This document shows, piece after piece, positions 1 to 9,174 of a stretch of DNA of 59,719 nt. Where the stretch lies: contig JBQCJF010000001.1 of assembly GCA_051953015.1 (NCBI GenBank), positions 1-59,719 of the forward strand, read 5' to 3'. The stretch is from Luteimonas sp. Lineage in GTDB: Bacteria > Pseudomonadota > Gammaproteobacteria > Xanthomonadales > Xanthomonadaceae. The notes under the pieces were generated by a model. The model did no database searches, had not been told where the DNA came from, and saw only the letters and a program-made list of their open reading frames with translations. The stretch's first letter is position 1, and every line of letters begins with the position of its first letter. The position numbers and the translations under genes were made by a program.

Positions 1-585
1 TGCCGTCGCGCGCACGGTCGTGCTGGCGAGCGCCGGCGCGCTGCCCACGCCCGGCTCGATCCGCGTCTCGTAACCGTCGCCGCTGCGCCGGTGGACGAAG
101 CCGCGCGCCAGGTGCGACGGCAGCGCGTCGCTCGCGAGGCGGCTGCCCAGCGCGTACAGCGGGCTGTCGAACACGTTGCGCAGGAACAACACCGTGGGAG
201 CGGACACCGTGCGCGCGGGCGGCGCGCCGCCGGGCAGCGCCTCCACGTACAGCCGCCAGTTGCTCTGCAGCGGCGACGGGCACAGGCGGCGCAGCGGGCC
301 AAGGCACTTCGCGCCGAAGTGCCCGTGCCGGTAGGTGAGGATGGTGAACAGCGTCAGCCCGGCGCGATCCACGATCGCCACGCCCGGCGGCACGAGCGGG
401 CGCACCCGTTCCACCGGCACGATCCAGGTCAGGTAGACGACGTCCTCGACCTCGCTGGCGAGCCTCGCGAAGGGCAGCAGCGACATCAGCGCCCGCCGCA
501 TCCGGCGGATCGCGGCATTGTTGGCGATCGCCGCCAGGGCCCGGCCGGTGAACCCCGGCGACGGGTGTACGTAGGCATTGTCCAT
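1..585 (-). CDS. DUF2071/YqjF-like protein (runs off the window edge)
   Basis: Hand-translated from ATG 585: MDNAYVHPSPGFTGRALAAIANN...VEDVVYLTWIVPVERVRPLVPPG...LFTILTYRHGHFG...QSNWRLYV. Open to base 1, so absent from the ORF track. Confidence 0.6.
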   Translation of the reverse strand, partial: MDNAYVHPSPGFTGRALAAIANNAAIRRMRRALMSLLPFARLASEVEDVVYLTWIVPVERVRPLVPPGVAIVDRAGLTLFTILTYRHGHFGAKCLGPLRRLCPSPLQSNWRLYVEALPGGAPPARTVSAPTVLFLRNVFDSPLYALGSRLASDALPSHLARGFVHRRSGDGYETRIEPGVGSAPALASTTVRATA

Positions 586-652
586 GCGCGCGGCCAGTCC
601 CCTCCCCGGTTCCGGTCGCCTGCAGTTTGCCGCAACCTGCGATCATTACGCG

Positions 653-2035
653 ATGACCACGCCGTCCGCCTTCGCCGCCCTGCCCCTTTCGCCCGCCCTG
701 CAGCCCGGCCTGCAGGCGCTCGGCTATGCGGAGATGACCCCGGTCCAGGCGCAAGCGCTGCCGGCGATCCTGGAGGGCCGCGACGTCATCGCCCAGGCGC
801 CGACCGGCAGCGGCAAGACCGCCGCCTTCGGCCTCGGCGCGCTGCAGGCGGTCGACGCCGACGCGGTGCGGACGCAGGCGCTGGTGCTGTGCCCCACGCG
901 CGAGCTGGCCGACCAGGTCGGCAAGACCCTGCGCAGGCTGGCGACCGGCATCCCGAACCTCAAGTTGTCGATCCTGTGCGGCGGCATCCCGCTCGGCCCG
1001 CAGCTGGCGTCGCTCGCGCACGCGCCGCACGTGGTCGTCGGCACGCCGGGCCGCATCCAGGAACTCGTGGCCAAGGGCGCGCTCGCGCTCGGCGGCGTGC
1101 GCATGCTGGTGCTCGACGAAGCCGACCGCATGCTCGACATGGGCTTCGAGGAGCAGATCCGCGACCTCGTCCGCAAGCTGCCGAAGGACCGCCAGGCGCT
1201 GCTGTTCTCGGCCACCTTCCCCGACGCGATCCGCGCGCTCGCCGGTGCGATGCTGCGCGACCCGGTCGAGGTCAGCGTCGGCGGCGGCGGCGAACCGGCG
1301 ACGATCGAGCAGCTGTTCTTCGAGGTCGAACCCGCCCGCCGCACGCAGGTGCTGGCCGCGCTGCTGCTGCGCCACCAGCCCGAATCCTGCGTGGTGTTCT
1401 GCAACACGCGCCGCGACGCCGACGAACTGGCCGGTTCGCTCGCCCACTACGGCTTCGAGGCGCTGGCGCTGCACGGCGACATGGAGCAGCGCGACCGCGA
1501 CGAGGTGCTGGTGCGCTTCGCCAACCGCAGCTGCAGCGTGCTGGTCGCCAGCGACGTGGCCGCGCGCGGCCTCGACGTCGAGGACATCGGCGCGGTGGTG
1601 AACCACGAGCTGCCGAGCGACGCCGACACCTACCTGCACCGCATCGGCCGCACCGGGCGCGCGGGGCGCGCGGGCCGGGGGCTGAGCCTGTGCTCGGCGC
1701 AGGAGATGCCGCGCGCCCGCGCCATCGAGGAGCGGCTGGGCAAGCCGCTGCGCTGGGACACGATCGCGCCGCTGTCCGGCAAGCCGCGCATGGTTCCGCA
1801 GCCGGCGATGGCGACGCTGCGCATCGACGCCGGCCGCGGCGACAAGCTCCGCCCCGGCGACATCGTCGGTGCGCTGACCGGCGAAGCCGGGTTGCACAAG
1901 GACGCGATCGGCAAGATCGACGTCTACGCCACGCGCAGCTACGTCGCGATCGCGCGCGCGCAGGCCCCGAACGCGCTGGCGCGGCTGCGCGCGGGGAAGA
2001 TCAAGGGCCGCAAGTTCCGGGTGAACGCGCTTTGA
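653..2035 (+). CDS. dbpA: ATP-dependent RNA helicase DbpA
   Basis: Q motif (TPVQ), APTGSGKT, PTRELA, LDEAD, SAT and HRIGRTGR, plus C-terminal DbpA RNA-binding domain (KLRPGDIVGAL...GKIKGRKFRV). Start set at ATG 653. Confidence 0.93.
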   Translation: MTTPSAFAALPLSPALQPGLQALGYAEMTPVQAQALPAILEGRDVIAQAPTGSGKTAAFGLGALQAVDADAVRTQALVLCPTRELADQVGKTLRRLATGIPNLKLSILCGGIPLGPQLASLAHAPHVVVGTPGRIQELVAKGALALGGVRMLVLDEADRMLDMGFEEQIRDLVRKLPKDRQALLFSATFPDAIRALAGAMLRDPVEVSVGGGGEPATIEQLFFEVEPARRTQVLAALLLRHQPESCVVFCNTRRDADELAGSLAHYGFEALALHGDMEQRDRDEVLVRFANRSCSVLVASDVAARGLDVEDIGAVVNHELPSDADTYLHRIGRTGRAGRAGRGLSLCSAQEMPRARAIEERLGKPLRWDTIAPLSGKPRMVPQPAMATLRIDAGRGDKLRPGDIVGALTGEAGLHKDAIGKIDVYATRSYVAIARAQAPNALARLRAGKIKGRKFRVNAL

Positions 2036-3615
2036 GCAAGACCGACCACCAGTCCGACGTCACCGATGCAGGGCGCCTCGAGGCCGCGCTCGCGCTGCTC
2101 GAAGCGATCGTCGTCGACCGCGACGTGCTGCAGCAGTTCGACGCCGAGTCGCGCACGCGCCTGCTGCAGGCCGTCGCGCTCGTGCACCACCCCGAGCCGC
2201 GCGCCCGGCGCCGCGAAGCGAAGGAGCAGGCGCGCGAGCGCGCCCAGGAGAAGGCGCGCCGCACCGAGGCCCTGCTCGATTCGACCGGCATCCGCACCCT
2301 GCGCCGCAAGCCGGTGTTCACCACCCCGAACTACTTCCCGCCGCAGCCGCCGGGCCAGCACGATCCGCACAACCGCGCCACCGACCCGCTCCCGCACGCC
2401 GAGTCGCCCGAGCTGCTGCACTGCTACGTGTGCAAGCGCAAGTACACGCAGGTGCACCACTTCTACGACCAGCTGTGCCCCGCGTGCGCGGAACTGAACT
2501 TCTTCAAGCGCACCGAGACCGCCGACCTGCGCGGCCGCGTCGCGCTGCTCACCGGCGGCCGGGTCAAGATCGGCTACCAGGCGGGCCTGAAGCTGCTGCG
2601 CGCCGGCGCCGACCTCATCGTGACCACGCGCTTCCCGCGCGATTCCGCCGCGCGCTACGCCGCCGAGCCGGATTTCGGCGAGTGGGGCCACCGGCTCGAG
2701 GTGTTCGGGCTGGACCTGCGGCACACGCCGTCGGTCGAGGCGTTCTGCGCACAGCTGCTCGCCACGCGCCCGCGCCTGGACTTCATCATCAACAACGCCT
2801 GCCAGACCGTGCGCCGCCCGCCGGCGTTCTACGCGCACATGATGGAAGGCGAGCTGGCCGCGCTGCGCGACATGCCCGAGGATGTGCGCAAGCTGCTGGG
2901 CAACTACGAGGGCCTGCGCAGCCCCGACCTGCTGCCGCGCGGCGATTCGGGGCTGGTGCATGCCCACGCGCGCGAGCTCGAAGCCGCAGCGGGCCTGACC
3001 CGCGCCGCCGAACTCTCGCAGGTGCCCTTGCTGGCCGACGAGCTGCTCGGCCAGTCGCACCTGTTCCCCGAGGGCCGCCTCGACCAGGACCTGCAGCAGG
3101 TCGACCTGCGCGGTCGCAATTCGTGGCGCCTGCAGATGGACGAAGTGCCGTCGGTCGAGCTGCTGGAGACGCAGCTGGTCAACGCCGTCGCCCCCTTCAT
3201 CATCAACGCGCGGCTGAAGCCGCTGATGCTGCGCGTCCCGCCCGGCGAAGCGCCGACGCGGGACAAGCACATCGTCAACGTGTCGGCGGTCGAGGGCCAG
3301 TTCTACCGCAACTTCAAGACCACCAAGCACCCGCACACCAACATGGCCAAGGCCGCGCTCAACATGATGACGCGCACCTCGGCCGCCGATTACCACGGGG
3401 ACGGCATCCACATGAACAGCGTGGACACCGGCTGGGTGACCGACGAGGACCCGGTGGAGATCGCGGCGCGCAAGCAGGTCGAGGAACGCTTCCACCCGCC
3501 GCTGGACATCGTCGACGGCGCGGCGCGGATCGTCGACCCGATCATCCACGGCTTCAACACCGGCAAGCACGTGTGGGGCCAGTTCCTGAAGGACTACGCG
3601 CCCACCGACTGGTAG
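2032..3615 (+). CDS. SDR-family oxidoreductase with N-terminal CxxC...CxxC zinc finger
   Basis: C-terminal part of ORF 91..3615. Motifs CYVC, CPAC, TGGRVKIG, INNACQT, NVSA, HTNMAKAALN. TTG start overlaps the dbpA stop (TTGA). Confidence 0.82.
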   Translation: MSKTDHQSDVTDAGRLEAALALLEAIVVDRDVLQQFDAESRTRLLQAVALVHHPEPRARRREAKEQARERAQEKARRTEALLDSTGIRTLRRKPVFTTPNYFPPQPPGQHDPHNRATDPLPHAESPELLHCYVCKRKYTQVHHFYDQLCPACAELNFFKRTETADLRGRVALLTGGRVKIGYQAGLKLLRAGADLIVTTRFPRDSAARYAAEPDFGEWGHRLEVFGLDLRHTPSVEAFCAQLLATRPRLDFIINNACQTVRRPPAFYAHMMEGELAALRDMPEDVRKLLGNYEGLRSPDLLPRGDSGLVHAHARELEAAAGLTRAAELSQVPLLADELLGQSHLFPEGRLDQDLQQVDLRGRNSWRLQMDEVPSVELLETQLVNAVAPFIINARLKPLMLRVPPGEAPTRDKHIVNVSAVEGQFYRNFKTTKHPHTNMAKAALNMMTRTSAADYHGDGIHMNSVDTGWVTDEDPVEIAARKQVEERFHPPLDIVDGAARIVDPIIHGFNTGKHVWGQFLKDYAPTDW

Positions 3616-3740
3616 AGGGTGCCGCGGCAGCGGACGGCGCTCCGGAGCACCGGCGGCGCGGGCGTGAAGGCCGGATCGACGCGGGGAATGCTCCAATTCA
3701 GGGGTCATCCTTCGGCCACAGCATCCGACCCGACGCCCCC

Positions 3741-5234
3741 ATGCAAGCCGCCCAAGACGCGCAGCCGGTCGCGACCGGCATCGATGGCCTGGACACCATC
3801 CTCGAAGGGGGGCTGACTCCCAATCGCCTCTACCTCGTCGAGGGCCTCCCCGGCGCCGGCAAGACGACCATGGCGCTGCAGTTCCTGCGCGAGGGGGTGC
3901 GCCGCGGCGAGACCGTTCTGTACGTCACCCTCTCGGAAACCGAGGCGGAACTCCGCGAAGTGGCGGCATCGCACGGCTGGTCCCTGGAAGGGATCCACAT
4001 CCACGAGCTGATCCCGATCGGCGACCAGTTCGATCCGGACGAGCAGAACACGATGTTCCACCCGTCCGAGGTGGAACTGGCCACCGTCACCCGCGGCATC
4101 CTCGCCGAGGTCGAACGCCTGCAGCCACAGCGCGTGGTGTTCGATTCGCTCTCCGAGATCCGCCTGCTGGCCGGCACCATGCTCCGCTTCCGCCGCCAGA
4201 TCCTCGCGCTCAAGCAGTACTTCGCCCGCCGCAAGGCGACGGTGCTCCTGCTGGACGAGAACCACCAGGCCGAGCAGGGCCTCAACGCGCACACGATCGT
4301 GCACGGCGTGATCTCGATGGACCAGCTGCGCCCGGAATTCGGCGGCGACCGCCGCCGCCTGCGGGTGACGAAGATGCGCGGGCGCGACTTCCACGGCGGC
4401 TTCCACGATTACGAGATCCTCACCGGCGGCGTCGACGTCTTCCCGCGCCTGGTCGCGGCCAACCATCGCCGCGCCGTCGACGGGGGCACGCTGCACAGCG
4501 GGCTGGACGCGCTCGACTCGCTGCTGGGCGGCGGCATCGACCGCGGTACCAGCACGCTGCTGATCGGCGCGGCGGGCACCGGCAAGTCGTCGCTCGCGAT
4601 GCATTTCGTGATGGAAGCGGCCGAGCGCGGCGAGCGCTCCGCGGTGTTCCTGTTCGAGGAAAGCATGCACGCCTTCCGGACGCGCTCGACCGGGCTCGGC
4701 CTCGACCTGGAGCGGCGCATCGCGGACGGGTCGGTCACGATCCAGCCGGTCGATCCGAGCGAGCTGTCCCCGGGCGAATTCTTCCAGATCGTGCGCAACG
4801 CGGTGGAGGAATCCGGCGCGCGCATCATCGTCATCGACAGCCTCAACGGTTACCTCAACGCGATGCCCGGCGAGCGCTTCCTGATCACCCAACTGCACGA
4901 GCTCCTGAGCTACCTCGGGCAGATGGGGGTGTCGGCGTTCCTGATCAACGCGCAGCAGGGGCTCATCGGCAACATGACCAGCGCGCTGGACGTCAGCTAC
5001 CTGGCCGACACGGTGGTGCTGCTGCGCTACTTCGAGGCGCGCGGCGCCGTGCGTACCGCGATCTCCGTGCTCAAGAAGCGCACCGGCGCGCACGAGCGGA
5101 CGTTGCGCGAGCTGGAGATCTCCGGCGAAGGCATCTCCATCGGCGAACCCCTGCGCAGCTTCCGCGGCGTGCTCACCGGCGCGCCGCAGGACGTCGACGG
5201 GCAGCCGGCGCCGATCCCCGCCGCGCCGGCATGA
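3741..5234 (+). CDS. KaiC-like double-domain RecA-family ATPase
   Basis: Two domains: TGIDGLD..GG/GLPGAGKT/FDSLS and SGLDALD..GGG/GAAGTGKS/FEES/IDSLN/SYLADTV. Start ATG 3741 (MQAAQDAQ). Confidence 0.88.
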   Translation: MQAAQDAQPVATGIDGLDTILEGGLTPNRLYLVEGLPGAGKTTMALQFLREGVRRGETVLYVTLSETEAELREVAASHGWSLEGIHIHELIPIGDQFDPDEQNTMFHPSEVELATVTRGILAEVERLQPQRVVFDSLSEIRLLAGTMLRFRRQILALKQYFARRKATVLLLDENHQAEQGLNAHTIVHGVISMDQLRPEFGGDRRRLRVTKMRGRDFHGGFHDYEILTGGVDVFPRLVAANHRRAVDGGTLHSGLDALDSLLGGGIDRGTSTLLIGAAGTGKSSLAMHFVMEAAERGERSAVFLFEESMHAFRTRSTGLGLDLERRIADGSVTIQPVDPSELSPGEFFQIVRNAVEESGARIIVIDSLNGYLNAMPGERFLITQLHELLSYLGQMGVSAFLINAQQGLIGNMTSALDVSYLADTVVLLRYFEARGAVRTAISVLKKRTGAHERTLRELEISGEGISIGEPLRSFRGVLTGAPQDVDGQPAPIPAAPA

Positions 5235-5238
5235 CGCC

Positions 5239-6861
5239 TTGAACCGCCCAGCCCTGCCTTCCGCGCTGCAACGCGTCCTCCTGCTCCTCGGCACGGCGCG
5301 GGACACTTCGCTGACCTCCAACCTGCTGGAGCGCAACGGCGTGGAGAGCCATGTGTGCGACCGCGCGGAAGCGCTGGAGCAGGAGATCGCCGCCGGCGCC
5401 GGCGCGGTGCTGGTGGCGGAGGAATGCCTCGACCACGGCGCCCACGACGTGCTGCTGCGCGCGGTGGCTGCGCAGCCGCCGTGGTCGGACCTGCCGATCC
5501 TGGTGCTGACGCGTTCGGGTGCGGATTCGGTTGTGATCGGCGAGGCGATCGCATCCCTCGGCAACGTCACGCTGCTGGAGCGGCCGCTGCGGATCGCGGG
5601 CCTGGTCAGCGTGGTGCGCTCGGCCCTGCGCGCGCGCTTCCGCCAGTACCAGATCCAGGCGAACCTGCAGACGCTGGAGGAGGCACGCGACGCCGAGTCG
5701 CTGGCGGCGCGGCGCAAGGACGAATTCCTGGCGATGCTCGCCCACGAGCTGCGCAATCCGCTCGCGCCCATCCGCACGGGCCTGTTCGTGCTCGGCATGG
5801 ACGACAGCGATCCCGAACGGCGGCGCGCCTTGCGGGAGATGATGGAGCGCCAGGTCGACCACCTGGTCCGTTTGGTCGACGACCTGCTGGAGAGTTCGCG
5901 GCTGTCGCGCGGCAAGATCCAGCTGCAGCGCGAACCGATCGATCTCCGCGACGCCCTGCTGCGCGCCGCGGAGCTGAGCCGGTCGCAGATCGACGCGGCG
6001 GGCTGCTCGCTCACGATGGAGCTTCCGGACGCGCCGATCCCGGTCGACGCCGACTCGATCCGCATCGCCCAGGTGTTCGGCAACCTCCTCAACAACGCCG
6101 CGCGCTACGGCCATCGCGGCGGCGCCGTCCGCCTGCAGGCGCAGCGGACCGCCGACGGCGAGGCGCTGGTGCGCGTCGTCGACGACGGCATCGGCATCGA
6201 AGCGGACACCCTGCCCGGCGTGTTCGAGCTGTTCACCCAGGGCCGGCACGAGGACACGCACGCCCAGGGCCTGGGCATCGGCCTCGCGCTGGTGCGCTCG
6301 CTGGTGGAACAGCATGGCGGCCGGGTGCGCGCGGCCAGCGGCGGACGCGACCAGGGCGCGGAGTTCTCGGTCTGGCTGCCGCTGTCGGAAGCGGAGCGGG
6401 CGAAGGCGATCGAGGCGCCGGAAGACTTCATCGCCCCGGCGGGCCTGCGGGTGCTGGTCGTCGACGACAACCAGGACGCCGCGCGGACCTTGGGGCTCGC
6501 GCTGGACACGCGCGGCGTCGAGAACCGCGTGGTGCACGACGGCGCGAGCGCCCTGGCGATGGCCGATGCGTTCTGGCCCGACGCCGTGCTGCTCGACATC
6601 GGCATGCCGCGCATGGACGGGTACGAGGTCGCGCGCCGGCTGCGTGCCGATCCCGGCCACGCCGACGCGCTGCTGGTGGCGCTGACCGGCTGGAGCCACC
6701 CGCAGGACCACGTGCAGTCGCGCGCGGCCGGCTTCGATCATCACCTGCGCAAGCCCGCCGACGTCGACCAGCTGCTGCGGCTGCTCGCGTCCGTGCAGCC
6801 GAGGAACCTCAGAGCAGGTGCCGCAGCGCCGGCAGGTATTTCTCCAGCGAGCCGGTGTTGA
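5239..6861 (+). CDS. Hybrid sensor histidine kinase/response regulator (degenerate N-terminal REC, HisKA, HATPase, REC)
   Basis: H-box LAHELRNPL, N-box NLLNNA, DDGIG and GLGIGL; C-terminal VVDD...LDIGMP...KP receiver. Confidence 0.92.
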   Translation: MNRPALPSALQRVLLLLGTARDTSLTSNLLERNGVESHVCDRAEALEQEIAAGAGAVLVAEECLDHGAHDVLLRAVAAQPPWSDLPILVLTRSGADSVVIGEAIASLGNVTLLERPLRIAGLVSVVRSALRARFRQYQIQANLQTLEEARDAESLAARRKDEFLAMLAHELRNPLAPIRTGLFVLGMDDSDPERRRALREMMERQVDHLVRLVDDLLESSRLSRGKIQLQREPIDLRDALLRAAELSRSQIDAAGCSLTMELPDAPIPVDADSIRIAQVFGNLLNNAARYGHRGGAVRLQAQRTADGEALVRVVDDGIGIEADTLPGVFELFTQGRHEDTHAQGLGIGLALVRSLVEQHGGRVRAASGGRDQGAEFSVWLPLSEAERAKAIEAPEDFIAPAGLRVLVVDDNQDAARTLGLALDTRGVENRVVHDGASALAMADAFWPDAVLLDIGMPRMDGYEVARRLRADPGHADALLVALTGWSHPQDHVQSRAAGFDHHLRKPADVDQLLRLLASVQPRNLRAGAAAPAGISPASRC

Positions 6862-8056
6862 CGACGACGACGTTGTCGCCGCGCTGCACCAGTCCCCGAT
6901 CCACCAGCTGAGGGAGTGCCGCCAGGCACGCGGCGCCCTCGGGTCCGATCCAGTCGTGGTAGCCGCGCCAGCGGTGCCCGACCTCCGCGGCGATGTCCTG
7001 CTCGCTCACCGCGACGGCGGCGCCGCCGCTGGCGCGGATGATCTCCAGCACGCGGAAATGGCCGACGCCGCCGGGCACGTTCAGGCCGTAGGCGATGGTC
7101 TCGCCGGAGCCCAGCGCCACCGTGTCGGCCGCGCCGCAATCGAAGGCGCGCACCAGCGGCCGCGTCGCCGCGCCCTGCACACAGACCATGCGCGGCCTGC
7201 GCGCATCGATCAGGCCGAGCGCCTGCAGTTCGTCCCACGCCTTCCACATGCCGAGCACGCCGGTGCCGCCGCCGGTGGGATACACCACCACGTCGGGCAG
7301 CGACCAGCGGGTACTGCCGGGCGCGGGTTCGGCGAGCTCGAGGCCGAGCGACTTCTTGCCTTCGATGCGCCAGCCCGGTTCCTGGAACGTCGCCACCGAG
7401 AACCAGCCCTGCGGGATGTACTGCTCCTTCAGGCGCGCGCCGGCTTCGCGGATCGTCGGTCCGACGAGCTCGAGGATCACGCGGCCCGGATGCTGCTGCG
7501 CCGCGGCCGCGACGTTGCCGAGGATCGGCGCCGGCGTGTCCGGCGGCATCGCCACGACCACGTCGAGCCCGGCGGCGATCGCGTAACGGGTGAGGGAATC
7601 GCCGGCGTTGCCCTGCGTCGGCACCGCCAGCCGCTGCAGCCCGAGCCGCCGCGCCTGCGCGACGACCATCGCCATGCCGCGGTCCTTGAAGCTCTGCGTC
7701 GGGTTCGCGCCGAAGCCCGCATGCGCGCGCCCTTCGTCCTTGATCGCGAGCGAGAAGCCGGCGGCCTTCGCCAGCGGATGATCCGGCTGCGGCAGCAGCG
7801 GCGTCGCGCCCTCGCCCAGCGGCACGATGAGTTGCGCGTCGGCGGGATCGTTGATGTCCAGCGCCATCAGCGCGCCGAAGCGCCACATGTCGCGGCGGCG
7901 CGGGTCGTACCACGCGCCGGGGTTCACGGCCGCGAGGCGCTCGAGATCCAGAACCATCTCGACCGGCCGGCCATCGGCGGGGTCGAGGTTCATCGGCCTG
8001 TCCGCGGAATACTCGATCCCGGAAGCCAGGCCGCGGACGCAACGGACGTAGGACAT
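6809..8056 (-). CDS. Threonine synthase-like PLP enzyme (fold type II)
   Basis: LGEGATPL, NPTQSFKDRG (PLP lysine), TQGNAG, YPTGGGTG, PEGAA, VNTG. Start MSYVRC at 8056. Confidence 0.82.
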   Translation of the reverse strand: MSYVRCVRGLASGIEYSADRPMNLDPADGRPVEMVLDLERLAAVNPGAWYDPRRRDMWRFGALMALDINDPADAQLIVPLGEGATPLLPQPDHPLAKAAGFSLAIKDEGRAHAGFGANPTQSFKDRGMAMVVAQARRLGLQRLAVPTQGNAGDSLTRYAIAAGLDVVVAMPPDTPAPILGNVAAAAQQHPGRVILELVGPTIREAGARLKEQYIPQGWFSVATFQEPGWRIEGKKSLGLELAEPAPGSTRWSLPDVVVYPTGGGTGVLGMWKAWDELQALGLIDARRPRMVCVQGAATRPLVRAFDCGAADTVALGSGETIAYGLNVPGGVGHFRVLEIIRASGGAAVAVSEQDIAAEVGHRWRGYHDWIGPEGAACLAALPQLVDRGLVQRGDNVVVVNTGSLEKYLPALRHLL

Positions 8057-8067
8057 GGGCGTGATCC

Positions 8068-9078
8068 TCAGCTCGCGTTGTCCGCGCGGATCTGCGCGTC
8101 GCTCAAACGGAGGAATCGCGCGGCGTTGTTGTACAGGATGTCGCGCTTCTGGCCCGCGTCGAGGAACGGCGCCTGTTCGATCGCCTTGATCCCCTCGCCG
8201 ATGGCCCCGGGCCAGTACATCTGGTCGGAGCCGAACATGATGCGCTTGATGAAGCCCGCGTCGACCATGCGCCTGAGCGCGTCGTGGAACTGCGCGCGCG
8301 GGAATGCCCAGTCGTTGCAGGCGACGTCCACGTACAGGTTCGGATACGTGAACATCATGGCGATCATCTCGTCCACGAGCGGCGAACCGTAATGCATCAC
8401 GTAGATGCGCAGCTTCGGATGCGCCTGCAGCACGGCTTCGAGCTGGAACGGCGTGGTCTGGCTGGCGCGGTAGGCGCCGTAACCCGGGAATCGCGCCGCG
8501 CCCGGCGGGCCTTCGCCCAGGTGCAGGCCGACGGGGATGTCGAGCTCCTCGGCGAGGGCGAAATAGGCGTCGTACCGCGGGTCGTCGGCGCGGATGCCCT
8601 GGTATTGCATGCTGGTTTCGGCGAAGAGCGCCAGGTCGCCCGCCCCGTGCAGCCGGCGCATCTCGGCCACCGGCTTGTCGTGTTCGCCACCGAACCCGAG
8701 GCCGGGCAGGAACAGCCCGGGCGCCGCCTCCCGCCATCGACCGACGTTTTCGACGCCCCCCGACAGCACCGCGCGCACGACGTGGTTGCGCCGCAACTCG
8801 GCGATGGTACCGTCGCGCAGCGCATCGTCGCTTGCGGGTGCCAGCAGCGGATGCGCGCAGGTGGTGAACGCGGAAAAGTCGAAGTCGTCGCGCGGATCGA
8901 TCGCCGGCATCACCACGTTCTGGTCGCCGGGGCAGGCCGGCGTGCCCGGCGGCAGGTCGAGCCGCCAGGCGTGCACGTGCATGTCGATCACGGGTTGCGC
9001 TGCCTGCGCCTGGACGGCCGCGGGCCAGGCCCACGCGACCAACCACATCGCCAGCGCCGAACGAAGATGCGAAGCCAT
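8068..9078 (-). CDS. Secreted amidohydrolase family protein (Amidohydro_2)
   Basis: Signal peptide ending AVQA; metal-ligand motifs IDMHVH, GLH, MH, FGSD. Confidence 0.85.
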   Translation of the reverse strand: MASHLRSALAMWLVAWAWPAAVQAQAAQPVIDMHVHAWRLDLPPGTPACPGDQNVVMPAIDPRDDFDFSAFTTCAHPLLAPASDDALRDGTIAELRRNHVVRAVLSGGVENVGRWREAAPGLFLPGLGFGGEHDKPVAEMRRLHGAGDLALFAETSMQYQGIRADDPRYDAYFALAEELDIPVGLHLGEGPPGAARFPGYGAYRASQTTPFQLEAVLQAHPKLRIYVMHYGSPLVDEMIAMMFTYPNLYVDVACNDWAFPRAQFHDALRRMVDAGFIKRIMFGSDQMYWPGAIGEGIKAIEQAPFLDAGQKRDILYNNAARFLRLSDAQIRADNAS

Positions 9079-9174
9079 GATCGCCCCCCGGGCGTGGAAT
9101 ACGCCGGCCGAGCTTATCGCACCCGGCCGGGCGCGGCGGCCCGGGGGCTGCAGCGCCGGCGCGTCAGGCGGACC

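Noticed and set aside
2030-2036. CTT TGA at the dbpA end, resembling the prfB +1 frameshift site
   Set aside because: A +1 shift enters the frame starting at 2031, but the SDR frame starts at 2032, and there is no internal SD. A simple TTGA overlap explains it.
91-3615. 1174-aa ORF spanning dbpA and the SDR gene
   Set aside because: The first ~647 residues are Arg/Ala-rich off-frame translation overlapping two real genes; only the part from TTG 2032 is protein-like.
3741-5234. True circadian clock
   Set aside because: No kaiA/kaiB in the window, and the protein lacks the canonical ST phosphosite pair and KaiA-binding tail.
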